Of a DNA stretch of 64,000 bases, positions 1-8,714 are shown in pieces. Each line of letters opens with the position of its first letter. Positions within the stretch are counted from its first letter, which is position 1. Source of the stretch: Caulobacteraceae bacterium (GTDB lineage Bacteria > Pseudomonadota > Alphaproteobacteria > Caulobacterales > Caulobacteraceae); the NCBI GenBank assembly GCA_965284385.1, contig OZ260077.1, positions 288,329 through 352,328 of the forward strand, given 5' to 3'. The notes under the pieces are model-generated. The model saw nothing but the letters and a program-made list of their open reading frames with translations, made no database searches and had not been told where the DNA came from. Position numbers and translations under genes: made by a program.

Positions 1-1131
1 CCGCGCATAGTGTTCCACCCCATCCGCGTCCCTGACCACCACGAACGGCGACGTCCCCGCTTCGTCGTGAAACCCCGTCTTGACCACCACCCCGCGCACC
101 CGCTCCGTCCCCAGCGGCCGCACCTCCCTCGCCCCCTCCAGCCGTCGCTGGTTCAGCGTCCGGATGATGTCGCGCCGCGCCTGCAGCGTCCGCAGCTTCG
201 TCTCCATCTCCTCGTCGAGCCGGTAGCGCCGCCCCGTCCGAACAGCGAGCCCCAGCCCCTCCAGATGCCGCAACCGTCCCCGGGTCAGCGCCGCCCAGGC
301 GTCGTTCACCCCCACGCCGTCCTCGACCGTCCCGTTCACGTCCACCGCCGCCAGCAGCCGCCGGTCGAACCCCGTGAACCGGTCCGCCCCGGTTTCCCTC
401 CAGATGCGCCGTTCCGCCTCCACCCGCGACAGGTCCCCGAGCCGCTCCTGCGCCACCTCCTGCGCCCGCGCCCGGAAGCCGTAGCCGATGTAGTCGCGCG
501 GGATGACCAGGTCCCGCCCGTCCCCTCGCCGCCCCCGCACGAGCACATGGGCGTGCGGCTGATCAGTGTCGTAGTGGCAGGTCGCCACCCACTTCAGATC
601 CGACTCCCCGAGGTCTGCTCCGACCCGCCCCATGACCTCGCGGACATACCCCTTAAGGTCGTCGATCCGGTCGCCGTGCTCCGGCGAGATGATGAAGCGG
701 AAGTGGTGCCGATCCGCGCTCCAGCCTGCCGTCTCGACCGCCGGCCGGACCCCGTCCGCCTCCCGATCGAAGAACTCCGGCCGCGCCCCCTCCACCCCTG
801 CGCCCGATCGTCCCAGGTAACTCACATGCGCCGCCAGCGCCGCCGCCCGGTCGGCGCCCTTGCCGACATGCCGGGACACCAGCGCCTTGACGATGACCCG
901 CTGACGAACGTCCAGACGAAAGGCCCGGCCCGAGCGTCCCTGCGCCGCCCTGAGCACCCCTGACCGATCCCCCAGCGCGAACGCCCGCGAGCTGGCCAGT
1001 CGTCGCAACAGGCCGGTGCGGACGTTCACCCGATCGGGTTTGAGGGACATCGGAAGTCGGACCTGGACCGCCTCCGGGTCCTGACCGGCGCCGGCCGACA
1101 GACGCGACTGGATGGCTTCACGGATCAGCAT
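1..1131 (-). CDS. MOB_P/VirD2-type relaxase with DUF3363-like C-terminal part (3' end beyond window)
   Basis: Manual minus-strand translation (absent from the ORF track because it has no stop in the window): MLIREAIQ...QRVIVKALVSRH...AHVSYLGR...RHHFRFIISPEHG...WVATCHYDTDQPHAHVLVRG (HUH motif). GGAGG RBS upstream. Confidence 0.9.
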   Translation of the reverse strand, partial: MLIREAIQSRLSAGAGQDPEAVQVRLPMSLKPDRVNVRTGLLRRLASSRAFALGDRSGVLRAAQGRSGRAFRLDVRQRVIVKALVSRHVGKGADRAAALAAHVSYLGRSGAGVEGARPEFFDREADGVRPAVETAGWSADRHHFRFIISPEHGDRIDDLKGYVREVMGRVGADLGESDLKWVATCHYDTDQPHAHVLVRGRRGDGRDLVIPRDYIGYGFRARAQEVAQERLGDLSRVEAERRIWRETGADRFTGFDRRLLAAVDVNGTVEDGVGVNDAWAALTRGRLRHLEGLGLAVRTGRRYRLDEEMETKLRTLQARRDIIRTLNQRRLEGAREVRPLGTERVRGVVVKTGFHDEAGTSPFVVVRDADGVEHYAR

Positions 1132-1190
1132 TCCATGCCTCCCACCAAGCCGACGCCGCCGCCCAGGACCGACAACTCACCGCAAGTCGT

Positions 1191-1275
1191 CCAACACCCT
1201 CCAGCGCGCCGCTAACCTGCTGACAGACTACGAAAAACCCGGACCGCCCAACACCCTCTTTTATCTTGCCCTAAG
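1191..1275 (+). other. Candidate oriT/nic site
   Basis: TATCTTG^CCC at 1262-1271 differs by one base from the RP4 nic TATCCTG^CCC. An 11-bp direct repeat CCAACACCCTC lies at 1191-1201 and 1248-1258. The site is directly upstream of the relaxase. Confidence 0.6.
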
Positions 1276-1407
1276 CCCCTTTTTGCAGATTTCCGGACAC
1301 CGCCGTCATACGTTCGCACGTCGGACCAAACCTCATCATCGCATCCCCGGTCCGTCGCCTGGGTGGTCCCCGAGGCGCCGTCTGCGATCGCTCGAACGCC
1401 CCAGACG

Positions 1408-1445
1408 ACAAACAAAAACCCGCCCGGCCGAAGCCGAGCGGGTCG
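1408..1445 (-). terminator. Intrinsic terminator after DUF2493 gene
   Basis: Minus strand reads ACCCGCTCGGC-TTCG-GCCGGGCGGGT followed by TTTTGTTTGT, about 20 nt after the stop at 1466. Confidence 0.7.
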
Positions 1446-1465
1446 TTGGTGTCAGTCTCGATCGA

Positions 1466-2398
1466 TCAGGCCGCGCGCGCCCGGATGGGGACATGCCGCA
1501 GCCCGGACTCCATCGCCTTCTGTCCAAGGTTGAGCGCCGGTCCGAACGGCCGCTGGTCCGCCCGCGCCCGATCCACCGAATGCACCAGGGTGAGGCAGAC
1601 CTCAGGCTCGAGCGCGATCAGCTCGTCGTTCGCCCGGAACGGAGCGGCCTTTCCGTGGGTGTCGAAGTCGGCCCGGGCGAGGATCAGCTTCACCCCCTTC
1701 TGCTGGGCCCATTTGATCGCCAGCTTCTCGGAGCCCTTCGCCCCGGTCGTCGCCAGGGCCATGTCGGGCCACTCCTGTTTCGCCCAGTTCAGGGCGTCGA
1801 AGATCCGCCCGGCGTCTTCCGGGGTATCCGCCGTCGGAGCCCCTCTGAAGGCGATGACCGGACCGCCCGGATCCGCCTCCCCCGCCCGCCGGTTGCGGAT
1901 CGCCCGGATCGCCTGTTTCGCCTCCAGCTGGGCGGCCGTCAGATGCGTGCCGCGCCGGCTGCCGCGCCAGGCCGTCCAGACCTCTCCGGTCGCGACCGTC
2001 CAGGTTTGCGACGCCGCGTCCCGGATCAGTTCGCAGGCCTGCGTCGCCGCATCGCCTGCCCGGGCTTTGGCCGTGGCATCCTGCAGTTCGACGTCGGCCG
2101 CTTCCGATCCGTCGAAGTCCCGGTCGAGCGATCGCATCGTATCGCGCGCCCTATCCGCGTCGCGTTCGATCCGCCCGGCCGCCGAATGGAAGGCGCCGAT
2201 CAGGGCTTCTCCGAGGATCGTTTGGTAGTCCTCGAGCGCGGTGTCCGAGATCACGTCCAGAAGCTCGGTCATGAGCGCGCGCCCGAGCTGGGCCAGGGCG
2301 TCTTCCGTCGGAAGCGGACCGCCTTCCTCGATGGAGGCTGACAGGTTGCCCAGGGCGGAGTCGGATTTGGCGGAGAAGGGTGAGCTGAAGGTTTGCAT
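1466..2398 (-). CDS. DUF2493 (YspA-like SLOG) domain protein
   Basis: C-terminal IFDALNWAKQEWPDMALATTGAKGSEKLAIKWA...GKAAPFRANDELI matches the DUF2493 pattern. Start re-called to MQTFSSPF. Confidence 0.7.
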   Translation of the reverse strand: MQTFSSPFSAKSDSALGNLSASIEEGGPLPTEDALAQLGRALMTELLDVISDTALEDYQTILGEALIGAFHSAAGRIERDADRARDTMRSLDRDFDGSEAADVELQDATAKARAGDAATQACELIRDAASQTWTVATGEVWTAWRGSRRGTHLTAAQLEAKQAIRAIRNRRAGEADPGGPVIAFRGAPTADTPEDAGRIFDALNWAKQEWPDMALATTGAKGSEKLAIKWAQQKGVKLILARADFDTHGKAAPFRANDELIALEPEVCLTLVHSVDRARADQRPFGPALNLGQKAMESGLRHVPIRARAA

Positions 2399-2442
2399 CG
2401 GGTCATTCCGTTTCTGAAATGTCGAAGCGCCCCATGCGCAAC

Positions 2443-2818
2443 GACCCCGGTTTTGGCCACAGCGGGGTCCCCGGCAGTCACCGGAGCGGCCCGCCCCTTG
2501 CGGGCCGTGAAGGGGAACGGCAAAGCCGTTGACTTCCGGGGTGCTGTGACAAAATCGGAGGGCGTTGTGTGGGGGCAAGTCCTCGCCCGCCTTCGGGCGA
2601 GGACACAACTCGGCGCCGTCGCGCCGATACGGACAAAGACGCATCGGTTCGCTTGCCGGCGACGGCGCGCCGTCGCCCATCCGGGACCGGTGTGCTGGAA
2701 GGCGGCGGACCCCGTCCGCCGCGCACGTGGACGAGTCCCCGGCTCTTGAAGCTCGTCCCTGCCTTCGCGGGGGCGCCGAAAGCAGACCAACGGCGGCCTC
2801 GGGGGTCGAGGCCGCCGT
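2443..2818. other. Non-coding block of about nine consecutive hairpins
   Basis: Stems at 2443-2469, 2487-2507, 2516-2530, 2579-2604, 2610-2627, 2658-2677 (20-bp palindrome), 2702-2722, 2729-2758 and 2790-2818 (12-bp stem). Confidence 0.8.
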
Positions 2819-2855
2819 GATGGCGCCGGACTGGGGAGTTCAGCAACGCGGCGTC

Positions 2856-3332
2856 TCAGTCCAGACCCGCGAGTGCCATCAGACTCTCGGCGCTCTGGCG
2901 GACGGGACGGTAGCCGATCTCCGCATGCGCGGCGCAGAAGGCCCCCCTCGCGATCCGCCTGCCGCACAGGGCGAAGCCGGGGTCTCCGGGATCGCCGTAG
3001 GGCCAGCGGCAATCGCGCCGACGCACAAACAGGATGGTCGCCGTCCCATGAGACGGCGCATCCACCCGGCGCGGTGGGCACGACGCCGGACCCGGCGGCG
3101 GCGCGGGCCGGGCCGGCCAGGGCCGACGCGCGACCGGGGGCGCGGCGAGGCCGGCGGACCTTGAGGCCGGCGGCCGAGCGGCCGACAGGCCCAGGCGATA
3201 GACCTTGCCCAGGACCGCGCTTCTTGTGAGGCCGTGATCCAGATCGCTCGCGATCTGTGCGGCGCTACGGCCTTCGAGCCAGAGGGTCTTGAGACGACCG
3301 ACGCGGTCGTCGGTCCAGGCGGAGGCGGTCAT
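2856..3332 (-). CDS. gcrA: GcrA cell-cycle regulator family protein
   Basis: N-terminal WTDDRVGRLKTLWLEGRSAAQIA...TRSAVLGKVYRLGL (GcrA DNA-binding domain) and C-terminal CRWPYGDPG...CG...FCAAHAEIGYRP. Confidence 0.88.
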   Translation of the reverse strand: MTASAWTDDRVGRLKTLWLEGRSAAQIASDLDHGLTRSAVLGKVYRLGLSAARPPASRSAGLAAPPVARRPWPARPAPPPGPASCPPRRVDAPSHGTATILFVRRRDCRWPYGDPGDPGFALCGRRIARGAFCAAHAEIGYRPVRQSAESLMALAGLD

Positions 3333-3362
3333 GGCGGAACTCCGGTGTCAGCGAGCCCAATC

Positions 3363-3392
3363 GGCTCGCCCGCCTCCGCCCTCGCCTCGCCC
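3363..3392 (-). repeat. 30-nt purine-rich upstream element, copy 1
   Basis: Sense strand GGGCGAGGCGAGGGCGGAGGCGGGCGAGCC, 24/30 identical to 8715-8744. Confidence 0.65.
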
Positions 3393-3456
3393 TCCGGGCT
3401 CCCATGGAAACGGCCCGACGCTCGCGCGCCGGGCCGTTCCGCCTTTCGCCGACGGA

Positions 3457-3876
3457 TCAGAACGGGATGTCGTCGTTCAGATCGTATCCGCTCGCCGGCT
3501 CCTGCACCTGCCGGTCGGCGGCGCCGTCGTCCGCCGACGGCCGGTCGCGCCGGTTCTTCAGACGAATGTCGCCGACGATCAGACGCAGATCGTAGTGTTC
3601 GACCCCGTCCTTGCCGGTCCAGGTGTCGTTCTCGACATGGCCCTGGATCACGACCCGGCTGCCCTTGCGGGCGAAGGCCTCGATGTATTTCTCGGCCGTC
3701 GCCTCGTTGAAGCAGATGCAGTTGAAGCCGGTGGTGCGCTCGCCCGGCGTGCCGTCGGCGCGCCGGAAGCGGGTGGTCTCCAGCACGCGGAAGCTCGCGC
3801 GCTTCTTGCCCGAGCCCTGGGCCGACAGGATGGACGGGTCGGCGGCCAGATAGCCTTCGAGGGTGAGGGTTTGCAT
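3457..3876 (-). CDS. ssb: Single-stranded DNA-binding protein with acidic tail
   Basis: OB-fold GYLAADP...KGSRVVIQG...WTGKDG and C-terminal DLNDDIPF. Confidence 0.88.
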   Translation of the reverse strand: MQTLTLEGYLAADPSILSAQGSGKKRASFRVLETTRFRRADGTPGERTTGFNCICFNEATAEKYIEAFARKGSRVVIQGHVENDTWTGKDGVEHYDLRLIVGDIRLKNRRDRPSADDGAADRQVQEPASGYDLNDDIPF

Positions 3877-3910
3877 GGTCAGTCTCCTGAAGATGAAATT
3901 CGGTTGAGGA

Positions 3911-4276
3911 TCAGGCGGCGGCGCGATCGGTTTCGCGGGCGTCGACGGTGTCGGGGTCGCGGGCCTCGGCCCAGTCGAGGACGGTCAGCCGGTTCACCAC
4001 CAGTTCCTTGGCGGTGCGTTCGGTCCCGTCCTTGGCGGCATAGGCCGTGTCGATGAAGGCGCCGACGACGACGGCTTCGCAGCCTTGGGCCAGTCCGCGG
4101 GCGATAACCTTCTCGTTGAGCCCCTTCGACCAGCTGACGCAATTGACCCCGACGAGCCGGTCCTTGCCGGCGGCATCGACGCCGCGCTTTTCGAGCAGCC
4201 GGAACACCGCCTTGGCGAAGTCCGGGCTGATCTGGGGGTCGGCCGCCAACCGGCCGGTGAACACCATGGTCTGCAT
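3911..4276 (-). CDS. Second SSB-family OB-fold protein without DDIPF tail
   Basis: MQTMVFTGRLAADP...GCEAVVVG...YAAKDG. Start re-called, with an AGGAG RBS. Confidence 0.7.
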   Translation of the reverse strand: MQTMVFTGRLAADPQISPDFAKAVFRLLEKRGVDAAGKDRLVGVNCVSWSKGLNEKVIARGLAQGCEAVVVGAFIDTAYAAKDGTERTAKELVVNRLTVLDWAEARDPDTVDARETDRAAA

Positions 4277-4399
4277 GTCAGTCTCCTGTTGATCCGAAGC
4301 GCCGGGGAGCCGATCTCCCCGATCCCGCTTCACCCGGGACCTCCCTTCCTCCAGCCCCTCCTGCCCGGACGGGGCCTTCGCCCCCGCCCGGCGCATGCC

Positions 4400-7300
4400 T
4401 CAGGCGGCCGCTCCGTCGAGGACGGTCTGGACGGGATGGCGGCGCAGCACCGCCTCCACCACCTCAGGCCGATCCGTCGGCGCGAACACCCGGGGCGTAA
4501 AGGCGATGATCTCGACGAAGCACCCGAGCGCGACCAGGGCGTCGCGGTCCGTCCGCCCGCCGACCACCTCGATCCGCCAGCGGTCCATGACCCGCGACCG
4601 CTTGAGCCACAGGCCGCCTTCCAGCGAGAGCTGGACGTTGCGATCCAGTAAGGTGGCGGCGGTCCTTGCCCCGTCCGACCAGGCCTCGCCGACATCTGTC
4701 AGGCCGAGGCTCGCCTTGAGGCTTTGTGCCTGGACCTCGTCCAGCACACGCCCCAGCCAGCGCCGGCCGTCCGGCGCCCTGACCCGACGCACCGAACAGC
4801 CGCGCGCGGGCAGCCGGCCCCAGATCGGCAGCAGCAGACCGGTCGCGAGCGTGAGGTCGCGCGTCCGCCACGGGTCGGTTCCCGCCACCTCCTCATCCCA
4901 GACGCGGCGCCATTCGTTGGTTGCCGCTGGCTTCCAGGCCGATTCCTCGAAGGTCCTCTCTGGCAGGGTCTGACGCCCATCCGGCCGGATCAGGCGAACG
5001 GCGGCGACCAGCCGGTCCTCGTCCGTGGCGGTGGTCAGGCCGAGCTCGGCGACCGCCGCCCGGCCGGATTTGGCGTTGACGACCAGCTGATGGGCGATGT
5101 CGGCGGCCCGGGCCAGCGCGTCATGCGAGAGCAGGATGTCGCGACGAACCCTGAGCGAGAAGGTCACCAGGGCGGTTTCAGCGCCGGTCGAGACATCGGT
5201 CCGGATGGTTTCCTGGTGCAGAACCGCCAGTTCCTCCGCCTCGATGTCTTCAAGTCCACGGTCCAGATCCCCCGACGCGGCCGCACGCTCGAGGATGCCC
5301 GAGAGAATGCGGTCGAAGTCCTCGAACAAGGCGTTCTGGTCGGCGATCCTGAGCGCCAGCAGGCGGTTGAGGAAGGTGTGGATCGGCGGCAGGTCGTCGG
5401 ACGGCTTGAGTCCGCCGTCGGCGTCGAGCAGCTTGAGACCCGTCTTGTGTATGAAGGTCTGGAGCGTCATCGCAGCGAGTTCACCGAACGCCAGGGCCCC
5501 GTAGAAGACCAGCAGGGCCCGGCGCGCCCATGGGCTTTCCAGATTGTCCTCGGCCCGGAAGAGGCCCGCCCCGGCCGTCCGGCGCTCGCCGCGCGTGAGC
5601 GCGCCGAGCGTGTCCAGACGGCGGGCGATGGTCGAGGTGAAGCGTTTTTCGCCCTGGATGTCCGTCGTGACCGGCCGGAACAGCGGGGCCGAGGCCTGGT
5701 GGGTGCGGTGGCTGCGACCCAGCCCCTGGATGGCGGCGTCGGCCCGCCAGCCCGGTTCGACCAGATAGTGGACCCGGCGCTGCTGGTTCGCCGCCGACAG
5801 GTCCGCGTGATAGCTGCGTCCGGTGCCTCCGGCGTCGGAGAAGATCAGCACCCGCTTGCGGCCGCTCATGAAGGCGTCGGTCTCGGCGCGCGCCGCCGAG
5901 GCGCCGCGCCGTTCCACCAGCCTGCGTCCGTCGCGCACGACCACCCGCCGGGACCGCCCGGTGATCTCGGCGACGGCGTCCGCGCCGAGGGCCTCCAACA
6001 GGGCGTCGAGCACCCCCGGCACGGCGGGCAGGCAGGCCATCTGTTCGATCAGGCTCTCGCGCCGGGCCAGCGCCTCCTGGCTGACGGCCGGACGGCCGTC
6101 GTCCATGACCGGAACCAGGGTGACCTCGCCGCTCTCCCCCTCGACCGCCTCCATCAGGTGGATCGGGAATGCCTCGCGCAGGTAGTCGAGGACATATTCA
6201 CGCGGGGTCATGTCTATCGAAAGGTTGTTCCATTCCTCGGGCGGGACGGACGCCAGCCGCCGCTCCATCACCGCCTCATTGGTCGAGACGATCTGGACCA
6301 CGGCCGAGCGATCGTGGCCCAGATCCTCCCGGATCGACGCCACCAGGCTCGGCGCCTTCAGCCCCGCGAGCAGATGGCCGAAGAAGCGCAGCTTGGCGCC
6401 CTCGAAGGCGGAATGGGCCGCCGACGCGGCCTGGCCGCTCCTGGGCTTGCCCGTCTCGTCGTTGACGCCGACGGCCTTCAAGGCCTCGGCGAGATTGGCG
6501 TGGATCAGCTGGAAGGCGTCGGCCCAGGCGTCCCAGATCGCGATGTCGTCGGACGTCAGGGGATGGACCAGCGGCTGGTATTCGACCCCTTCGAACGACA
6601 GGCTCCGCGCCACATAGAGGCCGAGCGCCTTGAGTTCGCGCGCCACCAGCTCCATCGCCGCCACCCCGCCCCGGTCCATGGCGTCCAGGAAATCCGCCCG
6701 CGACATGAAGGGCGCCTCCGGCCCGCCCCACAGGCCCAGCCGGGCGGCATAGGCCAGGTTCTCGGCGGTGGTGGCGCCGGTCGCCGAGACATAGAGGACC
6801 CGCGCATCGGGCAGTCGGTTCTGCAGCGCCAGACCGGCCATCCCCTGCAGCGACGCCTTCTTCGTTCCCCGCGCGCCCTTGCCGCCACCCGCGGCGTTGG
6901 CCATCGCATGGGCCTCGTCGAAGGCGATGACGCCGTCGAAATCCGCGCCGAGCCAGGCGATGATCTGGTCGAGCCGCGATTGACGGGCGCCCCGCGCCGG
7001 TTGGCGAAGCGTCGCATAGGTCGTGAACAGAATGCCCCGGTCGAGCCGGATGGCGTCCCCCTGTTTCCAGCTCGAAAGGGGCACGATGTCATGAGCGCCG
7101 CCGCCGATCGCCGCCCAGTCGCGCCGCGCGTCCTCCAGCAAGGCGTCGTTCCGTGACAGCCATAGCGCGCGCACCCGGCCCTGGCTCATGTTGTCGGCGA
7201 TGACGGCGGCGATCTGGCGGCCTTTGCCGCAGCCGGTGCCATCGCCCAGGAAGAAGCCGCGCCGCAGCTGGACGGCGTCCTCCTGGTCCTCGGGCGCGAG

Positions 7301-8662
7301 CACCATATGGTGGGGCGCCGTGTCCAGCCGCCACTGTCCGGGCAGATGCGCGGCGTGGGCCTCGCCGGCGTAGATGACCATCTCGGTCTGGGCGTCCGAG
7401 ATCCAGCCCTGGTCGCGCATGGCCGGAGGGAGTACCGGTCGATAGGTCGGCGCCGGCGGCGCCACCGAGGCCATGGGCCCGGACTCGACCAGAGGCGACG
7501 GATGCGGGCGGGGCTCGGGCAGAACGATCCGCCCCAGGGCGTGGGCCTGGTATAGCCCGACATCGCGACCCTCCCCCGTCCAGGCGCGAACCTCATAGGT
7601 CAGGGCCGCAGCCCCACCCAGAAAGGCCAGCCGGCCGGAGGGCAAGGCCAGGCCTCGCGCGCGTGGTCCCAGCAGGGCGTCTATCGTCACCGGCAGGCGC
7701 GTTCGCGGCCTGGCGCCGATCCGCGGCGAAATCGCCCCTGTCATCCGCGCCGCGCTCTGCAGGTCGTCGGCGGTCTGGAGCGGCGCGGCGCCCGCGGGAC
7801 CTTCGGCGCGGTCGATCACCAGCAGACCGGTCTCAACGGAGGTCCCATGTTTGGCGAAACCGCCGGACGGCAAGGCGATGCGGCTCACGACGGCGCCGAC
7901 CTCGCAGAGGCGGCGAAGCAGCGCGGCGTCCGTCAGGGCGTTCAGGGGGACGATCGCGGCCAACCGGCCATGGTCGGCCAGGGCCTTCAGGGCCGCCGTC
8001 AGATGGGCGGCCAGGTTCGAGAACGGCGGATTGCACACCACCACGTCGAATTCGCCCGAGCCCGCGGACAGGTCATGGATATGGCGTCCGTCGTGGCGCG
8101 TCCGGTCCGCGCCCGGAAAGAGCCCGTCGAGGAGGTCGGCCCGACCGGTCGCGAGCTCATTCAGGCTCAGCAGCCCACCGCAGGCCTCCGCGACCGAGGC
8201 GATGAGGCCCGTTCCGGCCGAGGGCTCCAGGACGCGGTCGCCGGGACGCACCTGGGCGGCCAGGACGGCGAGCGCGGCCAGATGCGGCGGCGTCGAGAAT
8301 TGATCGAACTCGACCTGCGCCTCGCTGCGCCGGGACTGGGTCAGCCCGAGCGCCGAGACGGCCGCCAGCAGGGCGGTGATCTCCGCCGGCGCATCTTCCA
8401 GGCGGCCGACCTGGGGCGCGAGACGCCGGACCTGCAGGACCGTCGCCGCCTCTATCGCGTCATAGGCGTCGCGCCAGGCCCAGACGCCCTCGGCGTCGGA
8501 CCCGCCGAACGCGGTCGTCATGATGGCGGCGACGAGCTTGCGGTCGAGCGGACGGGACCGCGCCAGATGCGCCGCCAGCGCCCGGGCGGCAGCGAGGATA
8601 TTGGCGGCGGCATCGCCGGCGGCCGGATCGGCGAACAGGGACAGGTTGGGGGTCGAGGACAT
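4400..8662 (-). CDS. N6-adenine methyltransferase-like domain fused to strawberry-notch NTPase/helicase
   Basis: VLEPSAGTG and NPPF (MTase motifs I and IV); LGDGTGCGKGR, FDEAH, GGTGRSYHAD, QGLGRSHRTHQ (SNO motifs). Start re-called to MSSTPNL. Confidence 0.88.
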   Translation of the reverse strand: MSSTPNLSLFADPAAGDAAANILAAARALAAHLARSRPLDRKLVAAIMTTAFGGSDAEGVWAWRDAYDAIEAATVLQVRRLAPQVGRLEDAPAEITALLAAVSALGLTQSRRSEAQVEFDQFSTPPHLAALAVLAAQVRPGDRVLEPSAGTGLIASVAEACGGLLSLNELATGRADLLDGLFPGADRTRHDGRHIHDLSAGSGEFDVVVCNPPFSNLAAHLTAALKALADHGRLAAIVPLNALTDAALLRRLCEVGAVVSRIALPSGGFAKHGTSVETGLLVIDRAEGPAGAAPLQTADDLQSAARMTGAISPRIGARPRTRLPVTIDALLGPRARGLALPSGRLAFLGGAAALTYEVRAWTGEGRDVGLYQAHALGRIVLPEPRPHPSPLVESGPMASVAPPAPTYRPVLPPAMRDQGWISDAQTEMVIYAGEAHAAHLPGQWRLDTAPHHMVLAPEDQEDAVQLRRGFFLGDGTGCGKGRQIAAVIADNMSQGRVRALWLSRNDALLEDARRDWAAIGGGAHDIVPLSSWKQGDAIRLDRGILFTTYATLRQPARGARQSRLDQIIAWLGADFDGVIAFDEAHAMANAAGGGKGARGTKKASLQGMAGLALQNRLPDARVLYVSATGATTAENLAYAARLGLWGGPEAPFMSRADFLDAMDRGGVAAMELVARELKALGLYVARSLSFEGVEYQPLVHPLTSDDIAIWDAWADAFQLIHANLAEALKAVGVNDETGKPRSGQAASAAHSAFEGAKLRFFGHLLAGLKAPSLVASIREDLGHDRSAVVQIVSTNEAVMERRLASVPPEEWNNLSIDMTPREYVLDYLREAFPIHLMEAVEGESGEVTLVPVMDDGRPAVSQEALARRESLIEQMACLPAVPGVLDALLEALGADAVAEITGRSRRVVVRDGRRLVERRGASAARAETDAFMSGRKRVLIFSDAGGTGRSYHADLSAANQQRRVHYLVEPGWRADAAIQGLGRSHRTHQASAPLFRPVTTDIQGEKRFTSTIARRLDTLGALTRGERRTAGAGLFRAEDNLESPWARRALLVFYGALAFGELAAMTLQTFIHKTGLKLLDADGGLKPSDDLPPIHTFLNRLLALRIADQNALFEDFDRILSGILERAAASGDLDRGLEDIEAEELAVLHQETIRTDVSTGAETALVTFSLRVRRDILLSHDALARAADIAHQLVVNAKSGRAAVAELGLTTATDEDRLVAAVRLIRPDGRQTLPERTFEESAWKPAATNEWRRVWDEEVAGTDPWRTRDLTLATGLLLPIWGRLPARGCSVRRVRAPDGRRWLGRVLDEVQAQSLKASLGLTDVGEAWSDGARTAATLLDRNVQLSLEGGLWLKRSRVMDRWRIEVVGGRTDRDALVALGCFVEIIAFTPRVFAPTDRPEVVEAVLRRHPVQTVLDGAAA

Positions 8663-8714
8663 GGCGAAGGCTCCGGCAGCCTGGAGCGGAGGGCGCCTCC
8701 CTCCCGGTCCTGCA

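Noticed and set aside
4320-4395. G-rich minus-strand tract, possible G-quadruplex
   Set aside because: The predicted transferred strand is the C-rich one, and competing hairpins explain the sequence equally well.
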